Notes: generated from the sequence alone by a model not told the origin. A DNA stretch of 63,795 bases, filler included, from Phoronis australis (GCA_002633005.1; 5 parts of 5 records of this genome joined end to end with filler, not necessarily neighbours in it); one strand, 5' to 3'; shown: positions 47,601 to 60,252, numbered from the whole stretch's first letter. A program made the numbers and translations.

Positions 47601-49131
47601 ACAAAACTAAGCTTTTCAACTAGTAAAAGTATATATTTTCTGAAAGCAAAAGATTAGGGAATATATTTTTGGAATTAATATACCATTAATATTTTTACCT
47701 AAAAACCTCTTTAAGTCAAAATTTCACTTTTAAGAAAGGTACATTCATAGCAAAATATCCCCTCGGTCGATTTCAATAAAACCTTAGGCGCGTGTTTAGG
47801 CGCGTGCACCATACGTGGGAACAAATATATTCTCTAAAACACATTATTTCGCATAGATTGAATATGTTGCGTCTTTGTAACAAATTAATGACTACAGGTG
47901 ATGATACATGTAGGTTACTAAATAATACATTTCTATGGGGTTGCTCTGTTGGTTAGAAATAGTTGGAGAGACGTCATCAAACATTGTTTAACATAATAAG
48001 CATGCAGTTCTGTGCTCATAATTTGATTACTTGTAAAATAGTAGATGTTTGAAACAAACTATTTGAATACTCGAAACATGTTTGGGCAGAGCCTGTTGCA
48101 ATAAAACCGAGGTTAAGAACCAATATCTTATTTAAGCAAGAGTTTTAACGGACGTGTGTGAAACTTAATTGATCTTGTCGCGAGCGACCTCTTTTGGCCC
48201 AGTTTAGAGAAGCAAATCTCCCATTGCACATGGAAACTGATCGTTTCGTAAATACTCATGTAAGCGAAAGGAGTTGTGTTGTGACACAGATTCTGTGGAG
48301 GATAAGCAACAATTTGTGCTTGATTGTTATCTTTCGAAATGTGCAGATTTAAGAAGGCTAAATACATTATAACTGGTGTTTCAGTATTTCCCTAGGCAAT
48401 TCGTCAAATATATCAAGCCTGCTTTTGAACTTAGGAACCGTCGCATTTCTGGTACACCTGAGTTGTGTGGTTAAAGTGACTTATAAGCCAACATGGACTG
48501 GGTACTCATCTTTCTTACGAATGTCATATCCATTATGTTTGGATTAATTGCGCTTGCCACTATAATAAATGAATACATACCATACACATGTACTGTTGGT
48601 CTAAACGCATGCATGCAAAGGGAGACCCGCACGCGCCGCAAAATTGTGTAGTCTAGGCGCAACGCCTATATACGAACTTTTATTATAAGTAGAAATATCC
48701 TACAATTATTTCACATAAAGACGCATGCACTTGCAGGACTTGACGACAACTATTTTTATTCATAATCTAGTGATACTCAAGGTAAAAGCCATTTACAATG
48801 AAGCAAGATTTGAAAGAGGAATTATTACGAAATCAATAGTTATCGTAACGTATCAATCTATAATTCAGATGGACTCTCCGAGGTAATTTACAACATAGCA
48901 CAGCCTCACATATTATTACTGCGGCTTAGTTGTGCAAATGAAAACCTGTGAATTACCTGATAAGCGTTCACTGGTGAAGAAATATGTAGGATGTGCACTG
49001 GTGAAGATGCCGCTAAAAAAAGATAACGAACGAAATTGGACGGAAGACATTCCGATGCATCAGTTTTTTATGTCAATCTTCTATACATACCTTACTGCAC
49101 ACAATACATGAAAGTGTGTTACATATATCAT
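38362..49131 (-). CDS. Tie-ectodomain-like protein (putative signal peptide-Ig-Ig-EGF), with a downstream kringle exon; spliced, partial gene model
   Basis: Phase-compatible GT-AG exons 49131-49091, 49012-48957, 47401-47135, 43554-43306, 41286-41155, then a scaffold linker at 39625-39724, then 38643-38362. Junctions read QTQD-ILFTPDNVTIRASVGDNVT and IRLIVR-VCPRGKYGGYC, resembling the Tie1/Tie2 Ig1-Ig2-EGF1 region. Confidence 0.7.
38894..39214. repeat. 160-bp tandem duplication across a single N (39054); probably an assembly overlap
   Basis: 38894-39053 and 39055-39214 differ at one base. Confidence 0.85.
39819..39983. mobile_element. Foldback MITE (~165 bp, near-perfect palindrome)
   Basis: The arm ATAGATTATTACATG…CTAGAGCCC…GTGGATTTTGGAGAATTATC pairs with its reverse complement around a short loop at ~39898. 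Confidence 0.8.
41155..41286 (-). CDS. Tie-type EGF-like domain exon (CPRGKYGGYCQHSCPICMNGGICHDITGKCICPPAFKGTTCEE)
   Basis: 132-nt phase 1-1 exon (atttcag / gtaaca), absent from the ORF track in this frame; 8 Cys with the spacing of Tie2 EGF1 (CMNxGxCHxxTGxCICPPxFxGxTCE). Confidence 0.92.
42196..42272 (+). repeat. Dispersed repeat segment, also at ~47710-47785
   Basis: Shared TTTAAGTCAAA…AAAGGTACATTCATAGCAAAATATCCCC…CGATTT. Confidence 0.65.
43306..43554 (-). CDS. Tie-like Ig2-type domain exon
   Basis: 249-nt phase 1-1 exon (ttcacag / gttaag): VTIRASVGDNVT…IRWTRDG…EDSGVY…IRLIVR, an Ig fold signature ending in the Tie-typical RLIVR. Confidence 0.85.
47135..47401 (-). CDS. Tie-like Ig1-type domain exon
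   Basis: 267-nt open phase 1-1 exon (ttatag / gtaagt) with TIQC…RYGVFFC, resembling the Tie Ig1 C…GxxFC pattern. Confidence 0.72.
48957..49012 (-). CDS. Putative second coding exon (GIFTSAHPTYFFTSERLS)
   Basis: cttttttag acceptor, CAG|gtaatt donor, phase 2->1, bridging exactly to the 47401 exon. Confidence 0.5.
49091..49131 (-). CDS. Putative first coding exon (signal peptide N-part, MIYVTHFHVLCAV)
   Basis: ataATGa start context, donor AG|gtatgt, then a 78-nt intron with polypyrimidine tract. Spliced N-terminus MIYVTHFHVLCAVSGIFTSA-HP looks like a signal peptide. Confidence 0.5.
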
Positions 49132-51147
49132 TATTTTACATTAACACTTATAAGCATACTTTGTGATGTTTCTTCATTTAAAAACTAGTGCTCTCTTCTT
49201 GGTATTCAGTCTCTTTTACGCTTATGTCTAGTATTTAGACATGGTTGTCTTCCGATATTTGAAACAGATTTAATTTACTACCGTTTAATTTTAGTGAAAC
49301 ATCAATTCAATTTTAAGGTATGTCTATAATTAAATGGTCGTAAACTGTAACTTTTATTGAAGTAGGTTCCAAAGCACTTTGATAAAAGAACTTCATCGAT
49401 TTGTTGTTATATAAATACCCCAAGCATCTGAGTGTCGCTTGGTACACGAAATTTACATTTTCGTATCACTTTCAGAAACCTATTCGTTTTAGAACTGAAA
49501 TTCAAATACCCTAAGAGCTGTGACGTTTAAAACGCGACACAGAACGGTCCGTTGCGACAAACGCAGTCTGGCCGCGTCCATCATAATTGTTTTGCGACGC
49601 GGCTCCCATTATATTTGACACTCACCGTTTGATTTTACGTTATGACCCTTAGACTGCGCAGAACCAACCTCGAATAAGTGACAAAAAAGCATACGCACAG
49701 ATAGTTCAACCCATACATTTGCTTGGCATTGCACTTATGTCCAACAGTGTCATGGAGTCTTGAAATGTTGCGTTTCCAAAACCGACTTCCTTGAGAGATG
49801 TGCAACACATTATCAGGTATTCCAAGCGTCGTTCCCCGCGAGTGAATTGTTTTTTTTTTGAAATTAAATAGGCTGGAAACCGATTCGTATGGAGTGGTTG
49901 TAGTAATAATACAACCCGCAGTTCTCCACAGGCACCTATCTCCCTATAGCATGAGTATAAAAGGGGTTGGATGTACAATTACATTTCGGATGAAACCAAA
50001 AATCGAGATATGTCCGGGAGAGATAATTACTTGGAAAGCCATCACATGCCAGTTCAACAAGGCCAATCGTGGTGTACCATTTATTTCCAAGTTCAAGTAA
50101 GTTTGATGATCACTGAGACAAGAAATCAGCTTAAAATGCTGGCTCAGAAACCCCATACATGTATATCGAAGCGCGCGCAAAACAAATATGGTGAAATCCT
50201 TTGCAAGTGCTACGGTGTGTCGTTGATAATATTTAAGGGCGGCAAATCAAAATTGGTTCTAGGGAGACAAACGAACTGCGAAGTATTCAAGGCACCAAAT
50301 GTTTGGGCAATGCGAATGCGTAAATTACGCCAGATCTTAGTTATTACGCCAAGCTTTATTCAAACAGGCAATGCGGTAACGCGTTGTACTCTTACATGTA
50401 TGTTCGGTAACAACAGGTACTCCTGTAAGCTTTTTTATAGCAAAAATAATGGTGGGATAAAGAACATTGTAAGGAAATGCAATTGGACTGGTAGTGTAAA
50501 TATTTTAAAATACCACGAGGAAAAATCTTAACTGGAGTGAATTTGTGGAAAACTTAATGATCTGTCTTTATCATCGCACGGCTATTTTATTGCGCGGACC
50601 CTGTTTCGCCTATTTTGGATCCGTCTTTCACATTTAAAGTTTCTTTCTTCCCATCCAGTTCAAGCCTTTGCTTAAAATATTGGAGAATTCGAGCATCAGT
50701 GAAGTGAAGTTTTACAGTTAAATTTTAACAAAGTATTCATTGCTACTAAATAGTGATTTTTTTTCTCTAAGACATACGTTTCCGATGATTTCCCATAGCG
50801 TGTAGTACCGTATACAATACGCATCATTCCTCCTGGTAACCAATTGACTGTTCTCTTCTCAACATCAGTGCTCCAAGGTTGTATACGACCATCATGCCAG
50901 GCAGCGGCGCAAATGGATGAGTCCTACATTAAAATCAAATTTCAGAAAATGTGATGTGAGTCCATTAAGAGAGGGTAGGAGAGAGAGATGTATAGGGAAT
51001 GTGGCAGGGAGGAAGGGAGGCCAGACAGATTGAGAGAGATTGTGTGAATGGGAGAGGGAGAGGGGGAGTGACGTTAAATGTTACAAGACGTTATGCTAAA
51101 CTACATGTATTGGCAAACCCAAATGAAGACATTACATGTAGGTTGCA

Positions 51148-51460
51148 TTCCCTCCTCATATTGCCAAATGGCCTGACGTCACCATATTCTCACGAACGAT
51201 CATCATCATTAATCCGATTGTGCCATCAGTAGAACATCTGTCCAACGCATACGTCAGGAAGAAATGCAAGTATGAAGGATTGATCTCAGATTCCAGAAAT
51301 CATGGTTGGAGAACTCTCTTCTTTCCTGTTGGAATCGCCAGCTGCGGCTTCTACAATGACTCAGCCCGATTCATGCCAATTGCGTTACTCAGAAACGGAG
51401 GGAAGATATTTGCTCCATTGCGTTGAATGTGTAGTGAAAGCCTTTGGCTAAGAGAGTTTC
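51148..51460 (+). mobile_element. Degenerate restriction-like endonuclease (RLE) fragment of a HERO/R2-group non-LTR retrotransposon
   Basis: FPPHI..WPDVTIFS….IVPSVEHLSNAYVRKKCKYEGL……GW…..PVGIASCGF matches the RPD…ELTVP.E…A..RK..KY..L……GW…..VEVG.RGF pattern. Confidence 0.75.
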
Positions 51461-51653
51461 GGAGTGACAAAGAGGCCAAGGTACTTATACTGGCTTAATG
51501 ACCTCTACTGGGTGTCTCCCAAAGTATCATTTTCCTCATGATCTCAAGAGGCTACACCATTCTTAAAACAATTGTATTAGACTTCCTAAAGTTGACTCAT
51601 ACCCCAGGACAGGCAATAATCATGAAAACGATTTATAAACATCTGTAACTTAA

Positions 51654-53292
51654 AGGAGAATGCCACCCGATTTAATTAGTCTTTTTTGCCGTCTTAATCG
51701 CTTTATATCTAGATTGCCTCGCATACGGTCGACCTTACCTTGCCAAGAGGGGTCGCGTTAACCTGTGAAGAAGGTGAGAAACGACGCTAGCGACGTCAGT
51801 GGTTCATATGCAGAGTGATTGTCGCTATGTTGCGGTGTATCGTTCCCGCTTGTCCGAACTAAGCAGCTGCGACGAAAGCGGTTATATCGTTTTTTTTACT
51901 TCCTCGAGAGTCCCAAATGCTTAGGAAGTGACTCATGGTAGTGAAGAATGAAATGTAGGCTGTAAATAGCAAGTATGAGGCCATGAAACATCTCCGTGTC
52001 TGTGGCCTGCAGACGTCGACAGTGCCTAACAAACGCCGGCTTACCAAATAACTCCATACGTTCCGTTGTCTGAGCTTGTTCACCGCGCCTTTCTAGTATT
52101 TCTTCATCACTGTATTCCTGTTCGAATTGATAGCCTGTAAAACTTAACGATCCACCTGCGAAGTCGGGACTGATAAGCTCAAAGTCGTCCTAAGTCGGGA
52201 TTGCGAGTTACCATGTTGGCGTTTATTACTGAGTGTTCTGTTTCAAAGTGAATTATTCTCACCCTAACCAATACTTATATAAAACTGAAACAAAGCCTGT
52301 CTCATTAGATGCAATTTGTAATGACTTTGGAGTGTTTGTGAGTGCAAATGATTTGAGAAGCCAGCAATGAATAACCACTGCGTTACCGGCTTTAGGTGCA
52401 ATAAAACTAATTGACGGGACACCGAGGCCGTGTGAGATTATGCTAATTTAGTGTTTGCTGGCAGAAACTGTTGTGAAACAACTCGATTTCCATACCACAG
52501 CCAGGTGTTAGGGGAATCTTTATTTACATTTACATTACTCAAATAATGATTCTCAATGTACATTTTCTGCCCTGACGGTGCAGTAGCCAAAGCGGAAAGT
52601 TAACCTGAATTTGCGGCCCCCGACGAGTAAGTAGATTTGCAGTTTCGTGGCTAATTCGCCAACATAATCACGTGCACATTACTTTGGCTCACTAGCATAG
52701 TATTTTCTTGACTGGAAGTTTAGTTTCCACTGAACTTGGGCTGGTTTATGTTCGTGATGTCTGATCAGTTTCCGAGCCACTGGCCGGGATAACGAGTCAA
52801 TTCGGCAGGCCGCGTTTTGTGTTTAGAACTCAAAACATCACAAGTCTAAACAATACCGATCTAGGTTCTCCTGTCTGTATCTCACGGAAAATACTTCGAA
52901 ATTATCTCCGAACAGACCCCAAACTCCTGCTACGGACCTTCTAAGCCTGCCGAACAAGGCTAGAACCTTGTGTCCAAAATACCAATAAATCCGTAAGAGC
53001 GAAATAAAACAACACGTTTTTATAAAAACTCGGTGTATTTTTAAGGAATTTACATCGAAGTTTGTTGATTTATTGGTGTTAAACGATGACTTCAAGCGAT
53101 AAGGTGACACCAGTTACCCGTGTTGCGAACTGCTGAACAGACTGCTTGTGAAACCGATGACGTCATTGGATAATTTCAACACCTCCGTCTGCCGTCAGGT
53201 GTCAGGTAACGCAACCGTACGTGTCGTTATGGAGTAGAACTACTCGATCTAAATTGATACAAATTAGGTTGTTTTTTGGGTGGCATGCTCTT
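51654..53292. mobile_element. Non-autonomous Kolobok-like DNA transposon (~1.64 kb) with TTAA TSD
   Basis: TTAA (51650-53) AGGAGAATGCCACCC … GGGTGGCATGCTCTT TTAA (53293-96): 15-bp TIRs matching at 13/15, purine-purine termini. Confidence 0.7.
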
Positions 53293-53309
53293 TTAACAAC
53301 TGATTCAGC

Positions 53310-53840
53310 TTACAATAAAATATCATCTGCGGAGAACAAAGAAATTTGCGAGACACTCTCTGATACAAATACATCACTATCATAATCTTTTACGCACACC
53401 AGAAATTCGTCAAGGTATATAGGGAATAAAAATGAACTGACGATACAAGACTGTCTGGTGCCAACAGTACACTTAAAGTAATTAGTAAGGCCTTTGGGAT
53501 ATTTTATACAAGTGCGTTACTTATTGTCCACAGACTATCAATTTTATTAAGACATTTCAATGGACTCCAGTGTTATGTAATCATTTCCACAGTAGTACAC
53601 GAGCAATTTTATAAAAAAATTTGGAAAAATACACGAAGGCGCAATACAAGCGACTACCTGCCTTGCTGATATATTTTTGGTATATTCCATACAAAATTTG
53701 ATCCTGCGTGCAATAACACTTTCTAAAATCTAAATCTACTTGAAGTTCAGGAAATACACCGTTCTGTTCAGTCCAACATGATAACTGATTGTTCAGTAAC
53801 TTTGTGAATAGTTTTCCCATGACAGGCAAAGAGAGATAAC
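53310..53840 (-). mobile_element. Degenerate non-LTR retrotransposon RT fragment (L2/CR1-like)
   Basis: PVMGKLFTKLLNN…FRK…RLYCAFVYFSK…, then FKCTVGTRQSCIVSSFLFPIYL and SLFSADDIL (decayed YADD), with stops and frameshifts. Confidence 0.85.
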
Positions 53841-56800
53841 TCTATAAATGATTTAGTCATTAACATTTCCTTGAAAATCTTTATCTGTATCTAAATCTAA
53901 ACATATCTATATCTACATCTGCCAAACGTAGATACCTACACCCGTGTAGTTCACCGTACCCCAAACGCGCTCCGTTGTACATTTCTCTTGGGGACAGACA
54001 GCCCTGCAATCAACAAGATCACATGAATAAATATAACCATGTAAGTTAAAGCAAAGATAGTTATAAAAACGAGTTTAAAAATAATGATATAATTCGCCAA
54101 AGTCAAACTTGGTTGTTACTCAAAAAGAAATATTTGACAGTTGGAAATGATCGTTTGGCGGTGGAATAACCTAGTGGATGTGGGAGTGCATTTAACACAG
54201 CGACTGGGGACATATTACAACAAACCATGAAACCCGTGGACTTTGATGTCAAGCCCATGTCTCGTGAAAATGGACTTAGAAATATTTTATAAAAAACGAC
54301 GACAGTTACAAAAGCGTCTTGTTTCAATATTTCTCGAAACAATAGATAAACACTGAGCGCGTGATTTGTCCTCTGATTGTGTCGTAGTATATGAAAACAA
54401 TAATATTTTGTCGATCGTTACGTAATTTTAACAATTTGATCATGTCATGGCCGTCGATCTAGTTTCTTGTGTACCTTCTGCTATGACTGTTCTGGAATAG
54501 GGTTTGACACGTTATTTCGGTGCTGCCACACTCCAAGAAGTTACCTGAAAAAGTAAGGATAAGAAACCATAAATGAAACAGACAACTTTACCAACACAAA
54601 CTGCTACAAAAGACCTACCTGTACCATCAAGGACATACTTTGTAAATTCCACGCAGGTGAGAAAGGCCTCTACTGAGAGTGGACAGAAAATGAGTTGCCT
54701 AAGGAAGGAAGGTTCACAAGTCGGCTTGCTTTTCCACTGGCCAGTATGGGTTTTGTCAAATTTTTGACATTAGTGTTTAGTGAGACAGGTGACACAGCAT
54801 ACTGCTGCAAATCTATTGTTTAAATAGCCGCTTCTTTGCAAGAACTAAGTTTATCAAGCTGTTTTAAAAGTTCTAAAAATGAGAAAATTGATGGAAGACA
54901 TGTACCTTCAGATTTATGAAAACAATGTACGGAACAACGGTGTGGCTCTCGTTTTGTATTGCTTATTCCAATAATCCCCCTGCAAATGTGGTTAAATCAA
55001 CCAATCAGTCAATCAATCGTCATTAATGTAAAAGAGATTTCCGGAACTCAGTGACTGTGGACTGTTGGTCCGCACTTTATCACCAGCTCAAGATGACAGT
55101 AACATTTTCACAGAAAGAGTTAGAGAGTCACATGCGTAATGTACTGTGCGAAACTGTTCATGCGTAGAGCATGTAAAACAGCTCCGTACATTTCCTCTCA
55201 ACAGGAGGCGAGACGAAAGAAGTAGGATGTACATTCTTTGCACTTTCGGTTTAACTTTTGTTGAATGGATGAACTGAATACACGTCAGCATCTACAGTTT
55301 CAGTCGCAAGACATTTTAAAAAATATTCGTTACTGTGCAATGTTTTCCATGTAGGCCATCGGCCTAACTTCGGATAAAATGACCGCTTCACATGCACACA
55401 TGGACCACTCAAAGACCCGATCTTCCATAGTTGAGAAGTTTTAGCATTTCGGTCGAACTCTTTCTAAGAAAAGTAATACAGCTTCGCCTATTCTTTGTGC
55501 ACAGCAATGTTCAATTCGTAAAGGGTTCACATTCCGTTGAGAAAAGCTCACCAAGATAACAGTAGCCTTTCTAGTTGTTTCAGCGTGATATTATTTCCAC
55601 CTTGTTGTGTGCTTGCTTATGTTTGCTTTATTTGATAGGTCTTAGTGGGAAGTTTAAACATAAGTGTACAGGCAAAACCATGTATTTGATCACATTTCAG
55701 ACGGGATTTAACAGATACGATTTGGAAACATTTCCACGAAGGGTGTAATCGGTTCTTATTCGAGCGAGTACGAAATTTACCAACGACGTCGTTAAACTTC
55801 AATCGTGGATTGCAGGTTTTGAAATCGTGTTAACGAATTTCCAAAGGGGAATCTTCAATGTAAAGCGAAGGACATGGGTGCGATCCGTAGACCGCAAAAG
55901 TTGTTAGCTTGCACTTGTTGAGAACGTTTTTGTTATGGAACGAATACCGTGAACTGAATCCCTTATCCTAGCAATTTCTTCAGTGGCCGCTACTTAAGAT
56001 AATTATGCTAGGAAGCTGTCGAGATTAGGCCTACACGCCAAGCAATTGCTATTCATTTGCGTGATTTTGCAATGTCTTGCGTGAATTTAATTTACTCGTA
56101 AGAAACTTGGTTTTCGGAACGTTATCCGGTTATACAGTGTAGATGCCTTTTGTTGTAATATACTTAATTTCATTTAGCAATCAACAAAGCAAAACATGCT
56201 CGCTGTAGAAGGAAATTTAGGATTTCACAAAATAATGTACATTTAAATCTCAGTTGGTGAAAAATCCAACGCAGTACAATCATCAAAAACGATGAAAAGC
56301 ACCATGCAAAAATTGCGAATTCAGGAATCTTCTGAAGACTTTTTAAGTTCTGAATCATACAATCATGTGTCAGACGGGTGGAAACAAAGCGAAGACCACT
56401 AATCTAATGTAAGTGCAAAACGTTAGTTTTAATTGCCGATTTATGGTAAAATATCGTATAACGGTATACAACTTATGTTTTTTGAAATTTAAGCCATACA
56501 CGAGATCATATGGCTTCGCACATTTGTCTTACTCTGTTGATTGTTTGAAATATGACCTTTATTCTGAGCTCTCCTCGTGTTGCTCATTTTCGCCAGAAAA
56601 GTCACAGCAATATGGTGATAATAAGAAACACTGAAATGTTATACTCATATTTTGTACAAAAATATCTGTTTCATAAATAATTCATAAAAATTAAGAGAAA
56701 TGCTTTAACTATGAATATTTAAACCAAACTGTTATAACCGAGAGTGTGAACATTTCCACCCAAAATCGCTGTTGGAGCCAGAGAAACGAATTTTTATATC

Positions 56801-59800
56801 TAGGATGCTGATTGTTTGCAACGTGGCAATATTTACTGATGTCACCTCGGTCGTAGCTGTCACCACGGTTTCACGCATGCCGTCATCAGCAGCCGGTTGC
56901 TGGAAACAGTCAGCTTTGTGGGTCCCTGATTTCAGAATAACAGCCTACCTGCTGCTAATTTGTTCGTCTCCGTCGTTTCGTTAGCTGTACTGCCGTCTTT
57001 CCAGCCAGATCGTTTGCCGCCACTCCTGATCAGTGACCACATTGCCACTAGTACGGTGATGGTTATAATAGTGTAACCCTTATTTCGCCAGTCACGTTTG
57101 CATTTGACATGTGGCCGATGAAGCTGGAGGCTCTAATGGAACAGAACGCATAAATGTACTTGAGCGTGAACTTGTGACAACTTGTGAACCACGCGTTTGC
57201 GTTTACGTTTAACGTGTAGCCGAAACTGCCTAATACAGTGGTTGCAATTACGTCACCAGTACCCGGAAGTGTGCCATCTTAGAGGATAATCAATGATACC
57301 AAGCCGAGTTATCGTAATTCCTAGCTGCAGGTGATTGGCTTACGTACGACCACTTTTGACGTTAATTAATCGGAGGCATTGACCCTTATAAAATTTCGAC
57401 ATAGGAAAGGGGAAAATCACCGAGGGGGACAAAGAAACGGGGGAACACGTTGCTTTTTGGATCGGTGATTTTTTCGCCACTGAACGTCTAGGTTTAAAGA
57501 CGTTTAACTCGCGTAATAAGTTAATTTGTGATATAGAACTCAATTTAATAGATTGAGAAACACCCAGTATCCTAATTCCAAAAGTTTGCATGGTTTTCAA
57601 CTAAATGTTCATGCTCCACTAGGCCTTTGCTTTCGACCTTGAGTTCAAAATTCACGCCATGCAAAAACGGGACGGCACTGACAATTTTCCAAGTTTACCG
57701 CATTGTGGCAATATGATAGGCTCATTGAAGGGCTATGAAGGTTGTTTTCACATGAAACTAAGGTAAGATTTGTGGAATATGGACGAAGATTTATTTTTAT
57801 TTTCCCCGAGTTTTCAACAATTTAACTTAAATCAGAAAATTCTTCATAACAGGTTGGAAATAATTTCTTCGTCAGGCTTTGATATCCCCAACCAATTTAT
57901 AAATAATGCACCAATCGTGATAGAAATGAATTCAAAAGGGCCTTTCGCTTTACGGAGTTAGTACGGTGGACTAACATTCTTTCTCGACCACAAAGTAGCC
58001 GGTTGAACATATCTTTCATTTCGGCAAAAGTCGCCAAGTAGTCGGTACCAGAATTGTGATCCCTTTATCACTCAATAAGTAACATCAGTGTGACTAAATT
58101 GTGGAGAAAAATATTGAATCGTGCATCAAGTACGTAAACATACGCCTAAAAAATTTCTCAGTAAAATATTGGTAAAATAATTTTTAAAAAGTTTCAAACT
58201 CGGAACTTTTGCCTTTTTTGTTCATGATGTCCGACCGGATCCAGTAGAAGTGACACAAATTTCACTAAAAAGGCTGCAATAACGTTGTACTGCTTTAACG
58301 GATTTCATGTTTTTGTGTTGTACTATACATTATTTTTCCGATGGTATTGAAGAATTTCTTCAAAACGAAACAACATTTTTGGCTTGAATGCCCTATTCCT
58401 AGATTAATCCTCGGTCTTTTACCCCTGATGGTCAATAAATTTTGGAAGACGATCAAACGAAGTAACATCACCAAATCTCGAGCTGCCAACTATTGCACAG
58501 AAATTCACCATTATAGTGAATAAATTCTACCGAAAATTCAATTAAGAAGTGCGTGTTTGCTTCAGTGTATGTACCACGACCCTGTTGCAATGTCTGTCCT
58601 CCAAACTGTCGGATGATCTAATTGATGGCGTCATATGAAACTCTATCATGACTTAAACGAGGCTTGAAGAGTTGAGTTCGTGTACCTAATTCGTGCAAGC
58701 ATTTTTGGCGCCATCATGTATTTGTTGTCCCGCATATAAGGTAACAGATAGTCCAGACTGCTATCAATTCAGTTATTCAAGCGCAGAGACAAGTGTNNNN
58801 NNNNNNNNNNNNNNNNNNNNNNNNNNNNNNNNNNNNNNNNTTAATTAATTAANNNNNNNNNNNNNNNNNNNNNNNNNNNNNNNNNNNNNNNNNNNNGCCT
58901 TATGATATCATCTACACAACGAATTCGGCTTTCTGTCTCCATCGTACTGAAATCGGCGATGGCTGGTCGTTTAATTTAGTGCAAAATACGTGGAAAATCA
59001 AGGAAGCATATTGATAATTCATTTCATGTCAATCAGTATTCAAATTGATCAAAATCATTAACTTTAAAACTTTTTATTCAATTAATTAGCACACATTATA
59101 ATACAGGCACATAAGGGAATCCCGGGGCGGATGACTGGGGTCGCCTAAACAGTCAGAAAAAACAAACGCTTCGTCCGAGCTGTTATAAGGCAATTTTACA
59201 ATGTTTTTATAAAGTGTAGTTTCTTGATACAACAATTTGGATGTTAGGAACGTTGCATTCATGTCTCTTAGAACTAGAAGCCAAAGTGTGAACGCTGAGC
59301 GATTCCGATACGGGCCGCTGTCGAGTGTGTGTCCCGTATTGGAATCGGCGACAATTGGCCGTTTTATTTGGTGCAAAATACGTGGAAAAGTTGCAACATA
59401 TATTAGCTCGATATTTTCGTAAAAAACTAATCATATTCAAATTCATCGAAAATTTTATATTAGGAACTAAACTTTCAAAATAATTTGCCTTGAAATCCTG
59501 CAACCCGTAGTAGCCGCCATTTTGAATATAGACTCTGTCAACCTTGCACAAAGATTGAAAAATTAATAGCAACACAACGTTGTGAGTATCTGTAATATGT
59601 AACAATGAAACGAAGACTCGATTACATGGAAACATACCGAATTATAAAGATTTGTGTTTAATTGAACGTTTTAAAAACTTTGAATATTATTTATTTATTT
59701 CAAATAATAAGATATCTCAGCTGAGAGTTGTTGATTTTGCGTCGAATTTTTGTTATTATGGCGTTAAATAATAGCTCGCGACATCAAATTTCACAATGAC

Positions 59801-60140
59801 GTCATAAAAGGCTAAGCAACTGGCAAACCCAAGCACCGTGCATTAGATGTGAAACACTGAGTTGTGATTCGCTGATTGCTATCCAATCCCGTTCTGGTAT
59901 TTGTTGCCTGTAATGGCATTTTCTGTGTATTGTATGTCATCCAGGGCATCCATTCTCTGAATAACGTTTGACAATGGTGGATGTTTTACCGCCGAAACAT
60001 TTCGCTACATTTTATAAAAGTCGTTGTCTTTATTCAAACCTTACTCGTGTTCGTCACTGCAAGATTTTTTATTAAAGAAGAAACTTCTCGCCCCATTGCC
60101 AACAACATAACATAATGGCCACTGTGAAACACCGACTTAA

Positions 60141-60252
60141 GGGTAATGGTCTGACATAACGTGCCCGAATTTTGAGAACCACGTTTTCTCCACTGAATAA
60201 CGGGCATCAAACTGGTTCTCAAAATGCGGGCACGTCATATCAGGCTATTGCC
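60141..60252. mobile_element. ~110-bp hairpin MITE, same family as 15706-15814
   Basis: Shares the TTTTGAGAACC…TTCTCCACTGAATAAC…GGTTCTCAAAAT core and the CAGGCTATTGCC end. Confidence 0.7.

Noticed and set aside
49971-50531. 186-aa plus-strand ORF
   Set aside because: No recognisable domain or compositional coding signal; compatible with chance.
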